A stretch of 64,000 nt of DNA from Tricharina praecox (taxonomy: Eukaryota). Shown in pieces: positions 43,401 through 56,299 of the stretch. The translations under genes and the position numbers were made by a program. Each line of letters begins with the position of its first letter. The stretch's first letter is position 1. The DNA lies in NCBI RefSeq assembly GCF_024521635.1, contig NW_026250426.1:496001-560000 (forward strand), written 5' to 3'. Below the pieces are notes generated by a model, which had not been told where the DNA came from, did no database searches, and saw only the letters and a list, made by a program, of their open reading frames with translations.

Positions 43401-46400
43401 CCTCGCCGATAGGTCAGCAGCTCGGTCACACTCGTTTCGTCTCGTGTGGTCGGTCTCTGCGTAGTTTTTTTTTTTAGTTTTTTTCCTCTCTCTCCGGGTT
43501 TCGTTTCTCGTACGTGTTTTGCCATCGGGAGGCGGGGTGGCGGCCCGTGCTAACTAGCTGTGCAGAGCTCTAGAACTTGTCGGTGCAGAGAAAATAACCT
43601 CACTAGTTCGACAGTCTGCGACTCCATGTCAGCGCCGTTCGCCGCACCCGACGACTTGCTTCCCTTCCCTCCCGCCGCGCCACAAACAGATCGGACACGC
43701 GCGGGGCGCTGCGTAGAGTATGGTAGATTTGAAATGGAGTGGAGAAAAACGTGCGTCAATTGAATCGACGGGCATCGTGGCTTTTCCTCCATCGGCGGTA
43801 TGTATGCATCTCTGGAGCCTTCACATCACATCAACAACCAACGAAAGAAAAAAGAAAAAGAAAAAGAAAAAGAAAAAAGAAGAAAGGAAGAAAGAAAAAA
43901 AAGCTCAAAAAAGCTCCGATATGTATTCTCTGGAGTGTGGTGTGCTTGTGCTCGTGCTTGTGCTTGTGCTTGCGTGTGTGTGTGTGAGAGGTGTGTGAGA
44001 GGTGTGTGCGCAAGAAGAATCGACATATAGACTACTTCCGTTAGAAAGTACTTGTCTGGGTGTTGGACTGTTACGTTACCATGGAACCAGCAGCGCAACC
44101 ACGACCAACCAGACGGTGTCAGACGGTGTCCTCACCACCACCACACATGTTTCGCGTCGGCGAAAAGAGAAGGTTTAGTCGGAGGAGAGGGGGGCGGGTG
44201 CACAGGGCTCTCCAAGATAAAACCGCTCCCCATGCTCTGCGACGACCAGGTGAGGGGGGCCCCACCCAGTCAGCGTGCGGCACACGTCGATTTCTATCAA
44301 TCACTTGCGGGAAGTGGTTGGCAGCGGAAGGGTAGAGGGACAGAGGCGATGAGCATATCCGCCGAGTCCATCCGAGAGGGGCAGCGAATAACAAGAGATG
44401 ATTGCTCGATCGAATTCGCCGGTGGCCGGCCGGGGGGAGTGGGAGGGGGTGGAACGGGAACGGCGGACAGAAAGAACACACGGTGCTGCTGGTGCTGATG
44501 CTGATGCTGTTGGTGCTGTGAACCGCACCACCTGCATTGCACTCGAGCGGAAGGAAGGCGACGGTCTTCAAGAACTCCAGTGCGCATGGCGCATCGCACA
44601 CAAGATTCCGAAGCAATTGGGATCCGGACGTGTCGGGGTAGGGGGGAGGGGGAGGCGGTGGAGGAGGGCGGTTGTGATCTACAAACAGTCGGGGAAGCAC
44701 GACACTGGCCAATCCATGGCGCTGGTACCTTCGACGGGTCGTTCGTTCGACGGTACTCGGTGGGGTCCCGTCTCCCTCCCACGCCCGAACAAGAATATGC
44801 CAGTCGCACATCCCTAACCGAGCGGTTACACAGGGCGAGACAGCAGCTGACAGGGGCCCGGGTTGCTTTCTCGGTGCATTATTATGCAATATTTGCAATC
44901 TTGCATCCGACGCATTCGGTACGACTGTGCTATCGGCCGCGTCGGTCGCGATTGGACCCTCGAGGCCGGGAGAGTTGGGTCTGTGATGCGGTGGGGGTGG
45001 TTACAGGCGAGCCTTGCGCTCATTCCATTCGCCCGTTCAAAGAAGAAGTAAAAAAAGAAGAGGAAGAAAAAAAACCGAAGCTGCGCAGGGGAAATGGATT
45101 CGAAGCGGAAGGAGACATTCTGGAAGGCGAGCCAAGCACACACCGTGCCCACACTTCCGACACACCGACAATCCGACATCACCTCTGTCGTTCTTTTGCC
45201 GGAGCGAGAGAGAGCACGAACGAGCGTTGCTTTTTGCCAATCGAAAGAGTTCTAGGCGGCTGCGTGCATGTCACCCGTGCGACATTCCGGGGCTGGAGCC
45301 GGCGATGATGGCTTGGGATTTGCTGCGTACAAAGTAGAGTACTTACCTTGGTATATGATACTATTGTACTCTAGAGTACTCAAGTAGCAGAAAACGATGT
45401 CCGTCCCTTCGAATGGGTGCGATGGATGGACGGATGGTTGGATGGATGGATGGAGGGGCGGGAAACAGATCCACAGCTGACGAGTGGTCCCGTGGGCGGG
45501 CGGGCGGGAGTGGTGGGGTAACTTCGAGATTGCCATGTGCATGTGAGCACGGGATGTAGTGACAGAGTAACCATCTGTGTACTTGTGTACTTGGCTACAT
45601 ATCTGTTGGATCCCGGCGTCTGCATGGCCCAGTCAGGTAGGACGTATGTAGAGTATGAGAGTATCTATATTACTCTGCGTGTTACGAGGAGGAGGAGGAG
45701 GAGGCGAGAGTGCTCCACAGTTGAGCGCGTCGGCAGAGTATGGACATATGTACATGCTATATCATACTTGCCTACTCTCAGGTACATACCTTCGGTACTC
45801 AAGTACTCGCCTTACTTACTTGTTTGCCGGTCGGTTTGCGTTCGGCATAATCAGGCCGGTAAGTTCCGTTGACGATCGGTATATCGTCCCGACAGTATCA
45901 GGAAGACGCAATTGCAGACACCACGATCATCCACCGCGGCCGGGAAGCTGTCCGCAGTGCTGACGGCGGCTGGAGGGGTACAGATTCGCTCGCCGCATCC
46001 CTCGAAACCCAAGCAAGAAAGCAGACAAGCAATCAAGCAATCAAGGAGGCAAGTAAGCAGTAACCAGTGAGATGATTGCTTGCACCTGAGACGACGGAGA
46101 ATTTGCGAACTCCGTCCCGTCCAATTTTACATGGGGCGACAATCAAATCCCATCATGAGGGATCACCCACCCACCCACCCACCACACACACGCATGGAGA
46201 GTTCCGGTCGCATCCCGACTAGTTACTTTAGCTCGTCTGGGACTGGGGACTCGGGTGGTTAGGTTACACGGGGCTTGACGGCAAGTTAGTTAACGAGCGA
46301 ATGAAGTGACACGAAAGAAGCGAAAAGGATGCCAGGGAGCCCCCTGGCCACAACGTGGCAAGACGCGGAACCCCGTGGCCACTTGTACCACCGGACTGGG

Positions 46401-47707
46401 CAGGCCAGCTAGCTGGTACATAGGGCCCCGCCCGCTGAAGGGCCCAGGCTTCGCGCGAACGAGGCATGCGGATAGAGTAGTCTACATACCCAAATTGGAG
46501 TGCTGCTCTACTCTACTCTAGCTATCCTCATACCCCCCGTTGGTTCTGGTAAGCACCTGTTCCCACAGCTGAGCCTGCGTCGGCTCATCATGGCGATGGT
46601 TAACGACTTTCTTGGTTATCGTAGAGTAGGATATGCATAGGGTAGCGGAGTCCGCTAGAGTAATCTACCCAACATACGCGGGACCCCGTCCGGTACTCTA
46701 GCCTCCGACGGCAACATATTTCGGAGCTCTTTCGATGCCATGTTCCCACCACGACCGAACGTCTGACGATTTCTCGGCAACGCCGATGGGGCCCAAACTG
46801 GGGTCTCGGAAAGGGAAAGAACCGATGCCAATGCCGGATGGAAGGATGCACGAGCTCGAGATGGCATGATGATGGGAGGGAGGAAGCGCTTCTTGGATTG
46901 CAATAGGTACTGGTACATATGACAGCTCGGTGAGGGGGGGATTGCGCTATTTACCAAGCCTACCGCCGCCGTCACCGTCCGGTCGAAGCCGCCGCCACGA
47001 CCGTTGAACCACCGCTGTGGGAGTCTGGAGTCTGGGAAACTGCTCGAGCCAAAACGCCGAGAGACCCCTTCATCATATCTACAGATAATTTCAGTGACGC
47101 ACTGCCTAGAGCAGAGTATAGTGAAGTAACTTGGACTGCCAGCCGCAGGTCCATACAGTACGATTCGGTGTGTATGTAGAGTACTCCACTCTATTCTGCC
47201 TATGATATGATAGGTGTTCCAGAGTATGTAGAATAACTTGGTCCTACCAAGGGCCAGCAGAAGCCAGTGATATCTCGGCCGCCACGCAGATGGATCTACC
47301 ATCTCCATCACCACACATCGATCAATCAATCTCCCCGAGAACGCCACCACCGCCGCCGCCTCCGCCGCCGCTGCCGCTGCGAGCCACGACGCCTCCACAA
47401 CCGTCCGCACTCCTCCACGATCATCATCACGATCATCATCGTGATGAATCGGATTCGTGCAGAGTATTTATGTACCCGAAATATATGCGAGACGTTGCGG
47501 GATCTATGTAGATATGTGGAGATCGGAATGCTCGCACATGGAGGCTGTGGTTATGCTACATATTCTATATACATCCATACCATTCATACACAAATACCAT
47601 AGATATGATAGGTACATCCATAGGTAGCAAGTTAACTACGGTACTCTACATACCAGGACACCCACGTTCGCTAGCCAGCCAGCCCGCCATCCTTGCGCCT
47701 TCCCTAA

Positions 47708-47756
47708 GTTCCCTTCCCAGTTCCCTTCCCAGTTCCCTTCCCAGTTCCCTTCCCAA
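47708..47756. repeat. 12-bp tandem repeat AGTTCCCTTCCC x4
   Basis: Seen directly. Confidence 0.9.
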
Positions 47757-50700
47757 GCTCCCAGGGGGGTGGGGAGGGGAGGGGAGGGGAGGGGAGGGAC
47801 GGACGACAGCAAGCGAGCCGCCATCATGGGATTGGTGGCTTGTCTGGGGAAAGAAAAAAGTACTCTATCGCAACGGCGGAAGGGGGGAAAAACGTGTGGG
47901 CCTCTCTTTCAAGGTGGCGACAAAATTAAAAAGACAAGGAAGGAAGCAACTCGCAGGCAAGCAAGCACAGCCCAAGCGGGGCCAAGCAACCCGGCTACCC
48001 ACTGCGGGAAATCCTAAAGTCCACAGTCGTTCGGTTGCGCGCGAGCAGTGCCGTACTCTATACCTCCTAGAGTAGTAGTTGTCTGAGACGTGTGTAAGAT
48101 ACTCTATAATATGATAGTCTATGATTCTACTCTACTCTACTCTAAATGGTCCGTCCGCGACGGATAATTATACGCAGAAATAGGAACTATACAGCGATGA
48201 TATAGAGTAGAGTACGTGTTTTTGGCACGCGGCATACCGGTATTTGGGATGTCTCTCTTTTGACCCGACAGAAAGGGCGAGGCGAGGCCGTGGGACTATT
48301 ATAGGTAGTACTGGTACTTATGTTACATGTACCTACTGGTAATTCTGCGTGTATGCATGTATCTATATGGTAGTATAGTACGGTACTAGGTAGAGTAAGT
48401 AGAGTACATAGAGTACATAGTACCTATCTAGGTAGGTAGTCCAGAGTACTTACCTCTATGCTCAGAACCCCATGGCATCTACATAGGTATGTGGAACAAT
48501 CATCTCGTCAAACTCCGGACTAGATATCTAATGGGCTCTAGGATCTTGTCTTTCTTCACGGCTACTGTGCATACTACTTGGTAGTAGGTTTCATGCATCA
48601 CGCTCATTCCAGTCAGTCAGGCTATGATGGTCAGCGACTCAGCGTGCGAGCGTGCGCAAGGGCGGCGGCTGGCTTCAGTATACATATGGCATATCCATCT
48701 AAATCTCCTCCATGTATGTAGAATAGAGTCTAGAGTTAGGTAAAGCACATCCTGTCAAACCTGTGTGTTTGTGTTTGTGTCTGTGTGTGTGAGCACACGC
48801 ATGGCATGGCCCCGCCCACGCAAGCGTCTTATGTATCAACTGGTACAGTCTTGGTTCGGTTTGGTTTAGTTCTTCCTCGCTTGCACCATGCAGCAGCATC
48901 GACAAACTTACTTGTGTATGTAGAGTACTCGGGTGTAAGGGTAAGTGCTGCCTCACCAGTTTTTTCCCCATACAGCTTAGCATTTTTTCCCCATACAACT
49001 TAGTCACAACCACTCACTCACTCATTTTATTGTATCTGGCTTAGTGCACTCCTAGTATAGACTAGTGTTTATTTGCCTTATAATTCGTAATGGTGGTGAG
49101 GCACCACTTATTGGCAGCTCCTAGTACTTATCTCTGGCTGAGCTGTGCTGAACTGTGCTAAACTGTGCTGAGCTGAGCTTTAGGTAAATTTTGCTTGGCT
49201 TGGATTGGCTTGGCTTGGGAGGACTGTGTCTGTGTCTGTGTCTGTATCTGTATCTGTATCTGTATTTGTGGCTGTATCTGTCTATATCTGTGTCTTTCTG
49301 TGTTCGAGTGAGCTGGAGGCCGCAGGCTCGCAGCTCTCTCTCTCTCTCTCTCTCTCTCTCTAGGTCGACTCTGATCGGGTGGGGGGGGTATGTAGGGTAT
49401 GTAGGGTGAGTGGGGGAGGAGGGGGAGGAGGACAATTGACGGCCGAACCTCCCTCTCAACTGAACCACCACAGGACAGGCACGGACGGCATGTCGGTACA
49501 TAACATAAAACCCCAAACCGAACGTACACCATCTGGCTTCTGGGTATTTAGATCGCGAGATACAGTACCGGCAAGGCCCGAAACCCAAAACCCAAACCCA
49601 AAACCTAGCTGCCGGTGGAGCGTGGTGCGTAGAGTAGTGCGACAAGGGGAAAGGAGTGCACGCAGGCAGGCAAGCAGGCCGGCTGCGGATCACGGAGCGC
49701 ACGCATAGCCTGCAGAATCTGGAATCTGGCCCCCCCCAGCCGGCAGCGAGGAACGGCAGCGATACACGGCAACGCACGCTGGAAACGGAATGCTACTCTA
49801 GAGAGAGAGGCGAGGAGAGACACTGCTTACAATGAGCCTATTCTATTTACTCTATGTACTTGCATAGAGGTATAGTAGTATTGAGTACTCAAGCTGCGGT
49901 GGGAATGTACAACCAGTACCGATGTCCAGGCATGCGGGTTACGGGTTATTTACTGTATCTTCCACCTCCTAATATTTCAGCATTCATTTGAATCATTTCG
50001 TCGCCGGGGGGACTGGAGATCGGTACATACTGAAGCCGGGAAAATATCATACCGTGGACGAGATGGAACTTCACACGTGTGTGCAGAAGAGATCAATCTG
50101 CCCGTCGTATTGTTGTACGGTACGTAGTTACGCACGGCAAAGGAACAGAAAGCTTCGAATTTCATCAAATGTCTTATGTGCTACGAAGCATGGCAAGGCC
50201 TCATTGATGTGATGGTTCACCTGCGTCGATGTCGAAATTGAGTAGAGTTTCATATGTACCGTACCATACATACGGGTCTGGCTTCGGAACGATATCATAC
50301 CATATCATATCATATCGGACGGCCATGGCTCACGTTTACTATACTATACATAGGGGAGAGCGGGATCCAGCAGCAGCAGCAGCAGCAGCACGGCATCGAA
50401 GTACATATCTACCATGGGTTGGGACGGTGGGTACGGTACTGGGTACTACTCTATATAGTAGTTGTAGGATATCTACACCATGTAGATGCTTTAATATACC
50501 TCGTACCTCCACCTCCACCATCCTCGTGGCAGCCAAAGCCGCAATTGAGACCATCACGATCTTCGTGGCAGAGGGTGTACCGAATGTTTCGCTACTCGGG
50601 CCAATCCGATGCCCATCCAGCCACCGGCCCACCGAATCTTGTTTTCATTTCGCTTATGTACAGTATATAGGCAAAAGCGAGTGGCCGCCGGAAATACCTT

Positions 50701-52743
50701 CCTCCTTTTTGCTTTCCGTGTCTGTCAGACTGTCGGACAGGAACAGAGGTTTCACGGGCTATCATACCCAAGCAAAGGACTCGCGATGGTATGGAGGTAT
50801 ACTTGGGTATCTAGATGGATAGATAGATGGATAGATAGATGGATACCTCCAGCACGGAGATGAATCTGAGCAGAGCCAGAAGTTAGAACTTCTGCACCAT
50901 CCGTATGATAGGTACGTACGACGGTTGCATGGCTAAGTACATAGGGTACCTCAGTAGCCAGATGTCCGGACGGAATGTCGTTGCTGATGACCAAACCAAG
51001 CCGTGATTGCCGGAATAGGTGCCATCATGATCAACATCCATCCCTTTTTTCTTCCGTGATGATCGTCAGCCGTCGTCGTTGGATGGAACTCAACTCAACT
51101 CCAGTCCCTGACTCTGACTCTATCTATCGCGGAAAACGAGGTACGTGCCACTCACAACTGCAGAGTGACCGCCGCCGCCGCTCGCTCGGTTTGTTTGCGG
51201 AGTAATGTTATGTATCATATCATATAGAGTAGAAGCACGGTTTGGGGTATTATCCATGCGTGCTTTTGTCTCGCAGGTATGTAGGATATGTTCCGGTTGG
51301 TCAAAGTGCATACTACTCTATATCTACATACGGAGGAGTCAGTCTGACGGGTGCAGGTTTGCGGGTGGATAGTACCTACTGTGAGTGAGTCCGTGACTGC
51401 ACTGCAATTTTGGAGAGAGGAGGAAGTGAAGTGCTGTGTGCTATACTGCGTATCTATAATAGTGCTCTACCAGTACCACTATACCCGCAGCGTCAAACGA
51501 GCTCTGGTGTTGCTCGGAACGGACTGTGAGCGAACTGCATGTCTGTTTCCGCGGGTCCCTCATCCATCACAACCCTTCGGTCCTTGCTGATTGACTCTCC
51601 GCTACTCATTACTTGCACTTTCGATCCATTGTCCGGGACACAGGACGAGGCGTTCGCTTCCTCTCTCTTTCAACGTAACGGCGACCGAATTCGAATTCGA
51701 ATTCGAAAAACGAAAGAAAGAAAGAAAGAAAAGAAAGAAGAAAAAAGTCCAGTCACCGGAATTCACCCTGCATACCAAACAGGAAAAAACTGGGCCGTGG
51801 ATGCGCATGCCGTGATTACTAGAGCATGTGCACGCCGGCAAACGTCGATGCACACACTGCACAGAGTGAGGTGAGAGGGGAATCGCGGTTCATCCCATGT
51901 TCTCGCAATCGGTGTATGATGCGTACGTACTTACATACATATCCAGATACGGACAGCCATAATCGACAATCGAAGTCTCGCTCGTACCGCTTTTCCTTCC
52001 GCGGGGATTCATAATTCTTCAGCGCATCGCCCCTTCGCCCCCCCCCCCCCCCCCCCCCCCCCCTTCGCCCGTTCTCCGGAGAACATGTTGGAAGGAGGGA
52101 CCGGGGGAGGGGGGAATTCTTCACGATGCATCATCTCGCAATCGCAACTGCCCACCCCGCTCGCTCAATCATCATTACCTAGCAGCTCTTGCGCTAAATT
52201 GGGGCCGTAGCACTGCCCAACTATTCGCGCGCCGGGCTGAGCGAACATCACCCCCCCCCCCCAATCCCCGCCGCCGCCGCCGCCAACCTGGACACTACTC
52301 TGGATGGAGAGCACTGGCCCACGTAACCGAAACAAACCGGCCCTTACATAGGTCCTCATGTACCATACCGGTATTCGAGCCTGGAAGCACGGGGAGAGTT
52401 GCAGAGCCAGCTTCACGGCCGGGCGAAACGAAACAGTGCATGTTGCGTCTCACCTCTACAGAATTGTCAGGTATGGTATGTATGTACTCCTATCGCTCGG
52501 TCAGGTCAGTCAGGTCAAGTCTCTCAACCCCCTCCCTTGATGAGGACCTAGCGCGCCGGAGGAGAGATATGAGAGAGAGAGAGGGTGAAGACCAAAAGAA
52601 AGAAAGAGAGCATGATGTTTGTCTGGGCCGTTTCCCTTGGCTTACGCGGGCGGTCCCCTGTCCCTGCAGTGTGTCCTGGTCGTGTCTTTCCCAATCCCTC
52701 GGTGCTGCATGGGAGAGGGGCACATTTACATGCTAGTATTAGC

Positions 52744-52814
52744 ACTCAATTTACTCGATTCACTCGATTCACTCGATTCATTCGATTCATTCGATGCACT
52801 CAATTCACTCAATT
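52744..52814. repeat. 9-bp tandem repeat (ACTCGATTC-like, ~8 copies)
   Basis: actcaattt actcgattc actcgattc actcgattc attcgattc attcgatgc actcaattc actcaatt. Confidence 0.9.
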
Positions 52815-54483
52815 ACTGGCCATCAAAGCGAGCGCTGGCCGCACCTATCCAATGCAAAGGCCACAAAGTCGCAACGGCATACAAACCTTTGAGCCTCCTC
52901 GACTGCTACAGATTTACATAGGAGACCGACCGTGAACTGGACTGGGACAGATAATACTTCCTTACAGAGTTATCTCCTTGAAATCCGGGCTGGTATGATA
53001 TGATACTCTCGGCACTACTATTAGGGCCTCTCCCATGCCAATCGAGAAATGGCGGCTTGACCAGGCCATTTCCGCCGCAGCACTGCTATGCACGATCAAT
53101 TCGACAACGACCTGTCCTCTGATTTTTTGTGTCCCTCTGTGCATGCACTTGGGTTATCCCCTCGCCTCGTCGTCGCCGCTCTAGGGTTAACTGCTGGACC
53201 TCCCGCTAGCGAAAAGCCTGGAGTCTCTGAGGATTGCAAGGGTGGTCGAGACGACATTGGTACCTGTAGGTACCAGATCCAGACAGATCCAAGTGTGTCT
53301 CAATATTATTTCTTTGCCTCCAGCCAGGTTCGACTATTCCGTTCCTATCGACACTGCCAAATTCGAAATCTGCCCTCCCCCCCCCCTACCCCCCTCCAGG
53401 TCTCCAAACTCCTCTACTGCTGGCGCGAATGGGTAGTCAGTTTAGTTCCCTGGAACCGTCCACCACCACCACCACCACCCGTACCCGTATGAAGCTACGC
53501 AGGTACATATAGATATCTTGATGAATCGTCCACCACCACCCGTCAGCCAATCCACCTCGATCCGAGGTGCTCACGTTTTTTTACTGATATAAACTGCCAC
53601 ATCTTCACCGACGCTCCGTTCGATCGCCCACTGTCCATCCGGTCTTGGTCCAACGAATTCATTCGGCTCTTCGCAATCTCTCGGCTAACAGTCATCTCCT
53701 CCCTCCTCACCACCATATAATAACCTTAGGGTCGATCCGCGCGGCACCGAAAACGTGGTGATCGTCGACTCCTTCCCAACTTCGGCACAGAAGCATCATC
53801 TAGCTATCATCCTTTCTGACCGACCAACTCCGTCAACAAGGAACACCACCACCACCACCACCCCCTCCAAAAAAAAAAAAAATTAATAAAAATAACAACA
53901 ACAACAGCACCTCCGGTACTAAAGGACTCTGCATATCCTTCCTCGCATGCTCCCGGAAACAAGCAAAAGCAGCACATCATAGCAATTTTACTTTGACGCC
54001 CTTGCCATTGCGGGGAGACATCGCCTCGAGCTGGTACCTGGTCCACATACTATATCTACCCTAGTCGCAAGTCGCTAGCAAAAAAAAGGTGCGCGCCCTC
54101 TGCTGGATTCTGGCTCGCATATATCCCCACCCTCCTCGAATGTCGCCCACTGTCGTCGTGATCGTCAACTCTTTCCCTGCTGTGCTGTAAATGCATCTGC
54201 TTGCTTTTCATGTTCATATACACTTCTCGAGCAACTTCCTTGCTCCCCTCCACTACCACCCTCCGCCCCAATTATATAATTAGCCTTCAACAAACACACC
54301 GACTTCAGCTCTGAACACCATCTGACTGTAACATCGATACATATAGACGGACCACAGAAACGCGGGCAAATCAGCTTCTCTTCCTCGAATTCAACCATCT
54401 CGAAAACCACGTATACTTTGAGTGCAGAGTCCTCAAAGTTTTCAGCTACGCTTTTCCCCCTAATCACCCCACAAGCCGCCAAA

Positions 54484-56299
54484 ACGGCCGCCATTAACTA
54501 TCCCCCGTTTCCTCGGGGCCCTGCCTCCCCACTCGACAACCTCTTCCTCCCACCAACACCGCAGTCGCCTTCCTCACCATCCTCCGTGAACGGGGCGGAT
54601 AAATACTTGCTGCCCTCCCTGGACCTTTTGGGCCAGCAAACCCAATACTGGGGTGGAAGCAGCAGCAGTGGTCCTGCCTCCGATCTTTCTCGCCCGGCAA
54701 CTGCATCCCCGCCGCATTCGACATCTTGCTTCTCTCCCGTTTCCTACGTGTCCACGAGACCCCTCCCAACGCCCCCCGGCTCGAGTGATTTTGACGGGCG
54801 ACCATACCACCCGGTCTCTCGGGAGGAGTTTGCAGCTGCCACTCTATGCCAACAGCCTCTGCTTTCCAACATCAATAATATTGCTGCTAGGAGACACCGC
54901 GACAATCTCCCGCAGTTTAACCTGACAGCTACCCGTTCGTCGTACGCCACTTTTGGAAGCTTTCCTACCCCGCCACCTTCCGAGATGACAACTTCGTTGG
55001 CCTCGGCCTCAAACAACGGCGTGTCTTCGTCTAGCACCGGCCCGTATTCGGGCTTCCAGCACAGCAACAATAACAACAACAACAGCTCTCCGTATGGTTA
55101 CATTTCGACCACGCAAAGTTATTCGTCTCCGGGTATGCAGGCATTAAGAAGTTTCACTTCGCCGTCGGGCTACGGATCGGCCCGAAGCAGTAGACCGGAC
55201 AGCCCTGCCACCGGTGAAATGCTGCCGTCTTCACCGTACGATGCGAATGGAGCTTCATATCCCACCGTCAACAGCATGGGGTTGACCAGCAGCAGTACTC
55301 ACACCAGCCTTCCTGCTGCAGCAGCACCCTTAAGCAGCCTGCCATCGATTGGGCAGGGGAGCAATAGTTCTTACGCTTCTTCACCCTACAACATTGGTGG
55401 AGGGCATGGCGGAGGGCATGGTGGTACTGCAACCACGCAGCAGCAGCAGCAGCAACAGCACCACCACCACAATGCCATAAATAGTCAGCCGCTGCAGCCC
55501 ACCCACGACACTTATTCTCCACATAACGCTGGCCTCCCCCCACCACCCGCACCTTCTTATTACACCACCGCCTCGACCTCATCATCTTCTCCATCACTCT
55601 CATATCATCATTCATCGGCGCCACTACGACAGATGTCGCCCACCACCCCCACCACGTCTTCAACGATGACTCGACCCCCGTCGGCAGCCAACAACAACAA
55701 TTACCCCCCACCTCTGTTGCCACTTCAGCCGCAACCGCAGTACAGGTTGCCTTACCAGCTTCCGGGCATGGCTTTGGGGATGGGACAGATGACCCACCAC
55801 CACCACCCTGGTTCGCTTCACCATCCTCAACCGGATAGACCTTTCAAGTGCGACCAATGCCCGCAGAGCTTCAGCCGTAACCATGATCTGAAACGCCACA
55901 AACGCATACATCTGGCGGTGAAGCCTTTCCCCTGCGACAACTGTGAGAAGAGCTTTAGTCGTAAAGACGCTCTCAAGGTTAGTTTTTATTTTTTACCCTA
56001 CAGCACATGGTCCAATGAGGTCGTTGAAGACTAATACATATCCACAGCGACATCGTCTTGTCAAAGGTTGCGGCAAGGCCTCTGATGCGAAACAAGCCGC
56101 TGCTCAGCAGCAGCAGAAGCAGGAACAACGATCGCCGCCCTACGATCAGCGGTCGCAGCATCAGCAGCAGCAACAACAGCACCAGCCGCAGCTTCAACGT
56201 CATCACCAGCTTCCACTACGACAGAGCGGCCTCCATTCCTCCTCCCCTGTCCCCCACCACCTCGGGAATTCGGTGATCGTCAAGTCTGAGCGATTATAA
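54484..56299 (+). CDS. nsdC: C2H2 zinc-finger transcription factor, NsdC-like. Start uncertain: first in-frame ATG is 54985, but the frame is open from 54280; the start shown is a candidate ACG. Intron 55978-56047.
   Basis: DRPFKCDQCPQSFSRNHDLKRHKRIHLAVKPFPCDNCEKSFSRKDALK|RHRLVKGCG; intron GTTAGT..CTAAT..CAG. NsdC assignment is from recalled finger sequence, not from a search. Confidence 0.75.

Noticed and set aside
51686..51708. (GAATTC)n as a heat-shock element
   Set aside because: Spacing does not fit nGAAnnTTCn; simple hexamer repeat.
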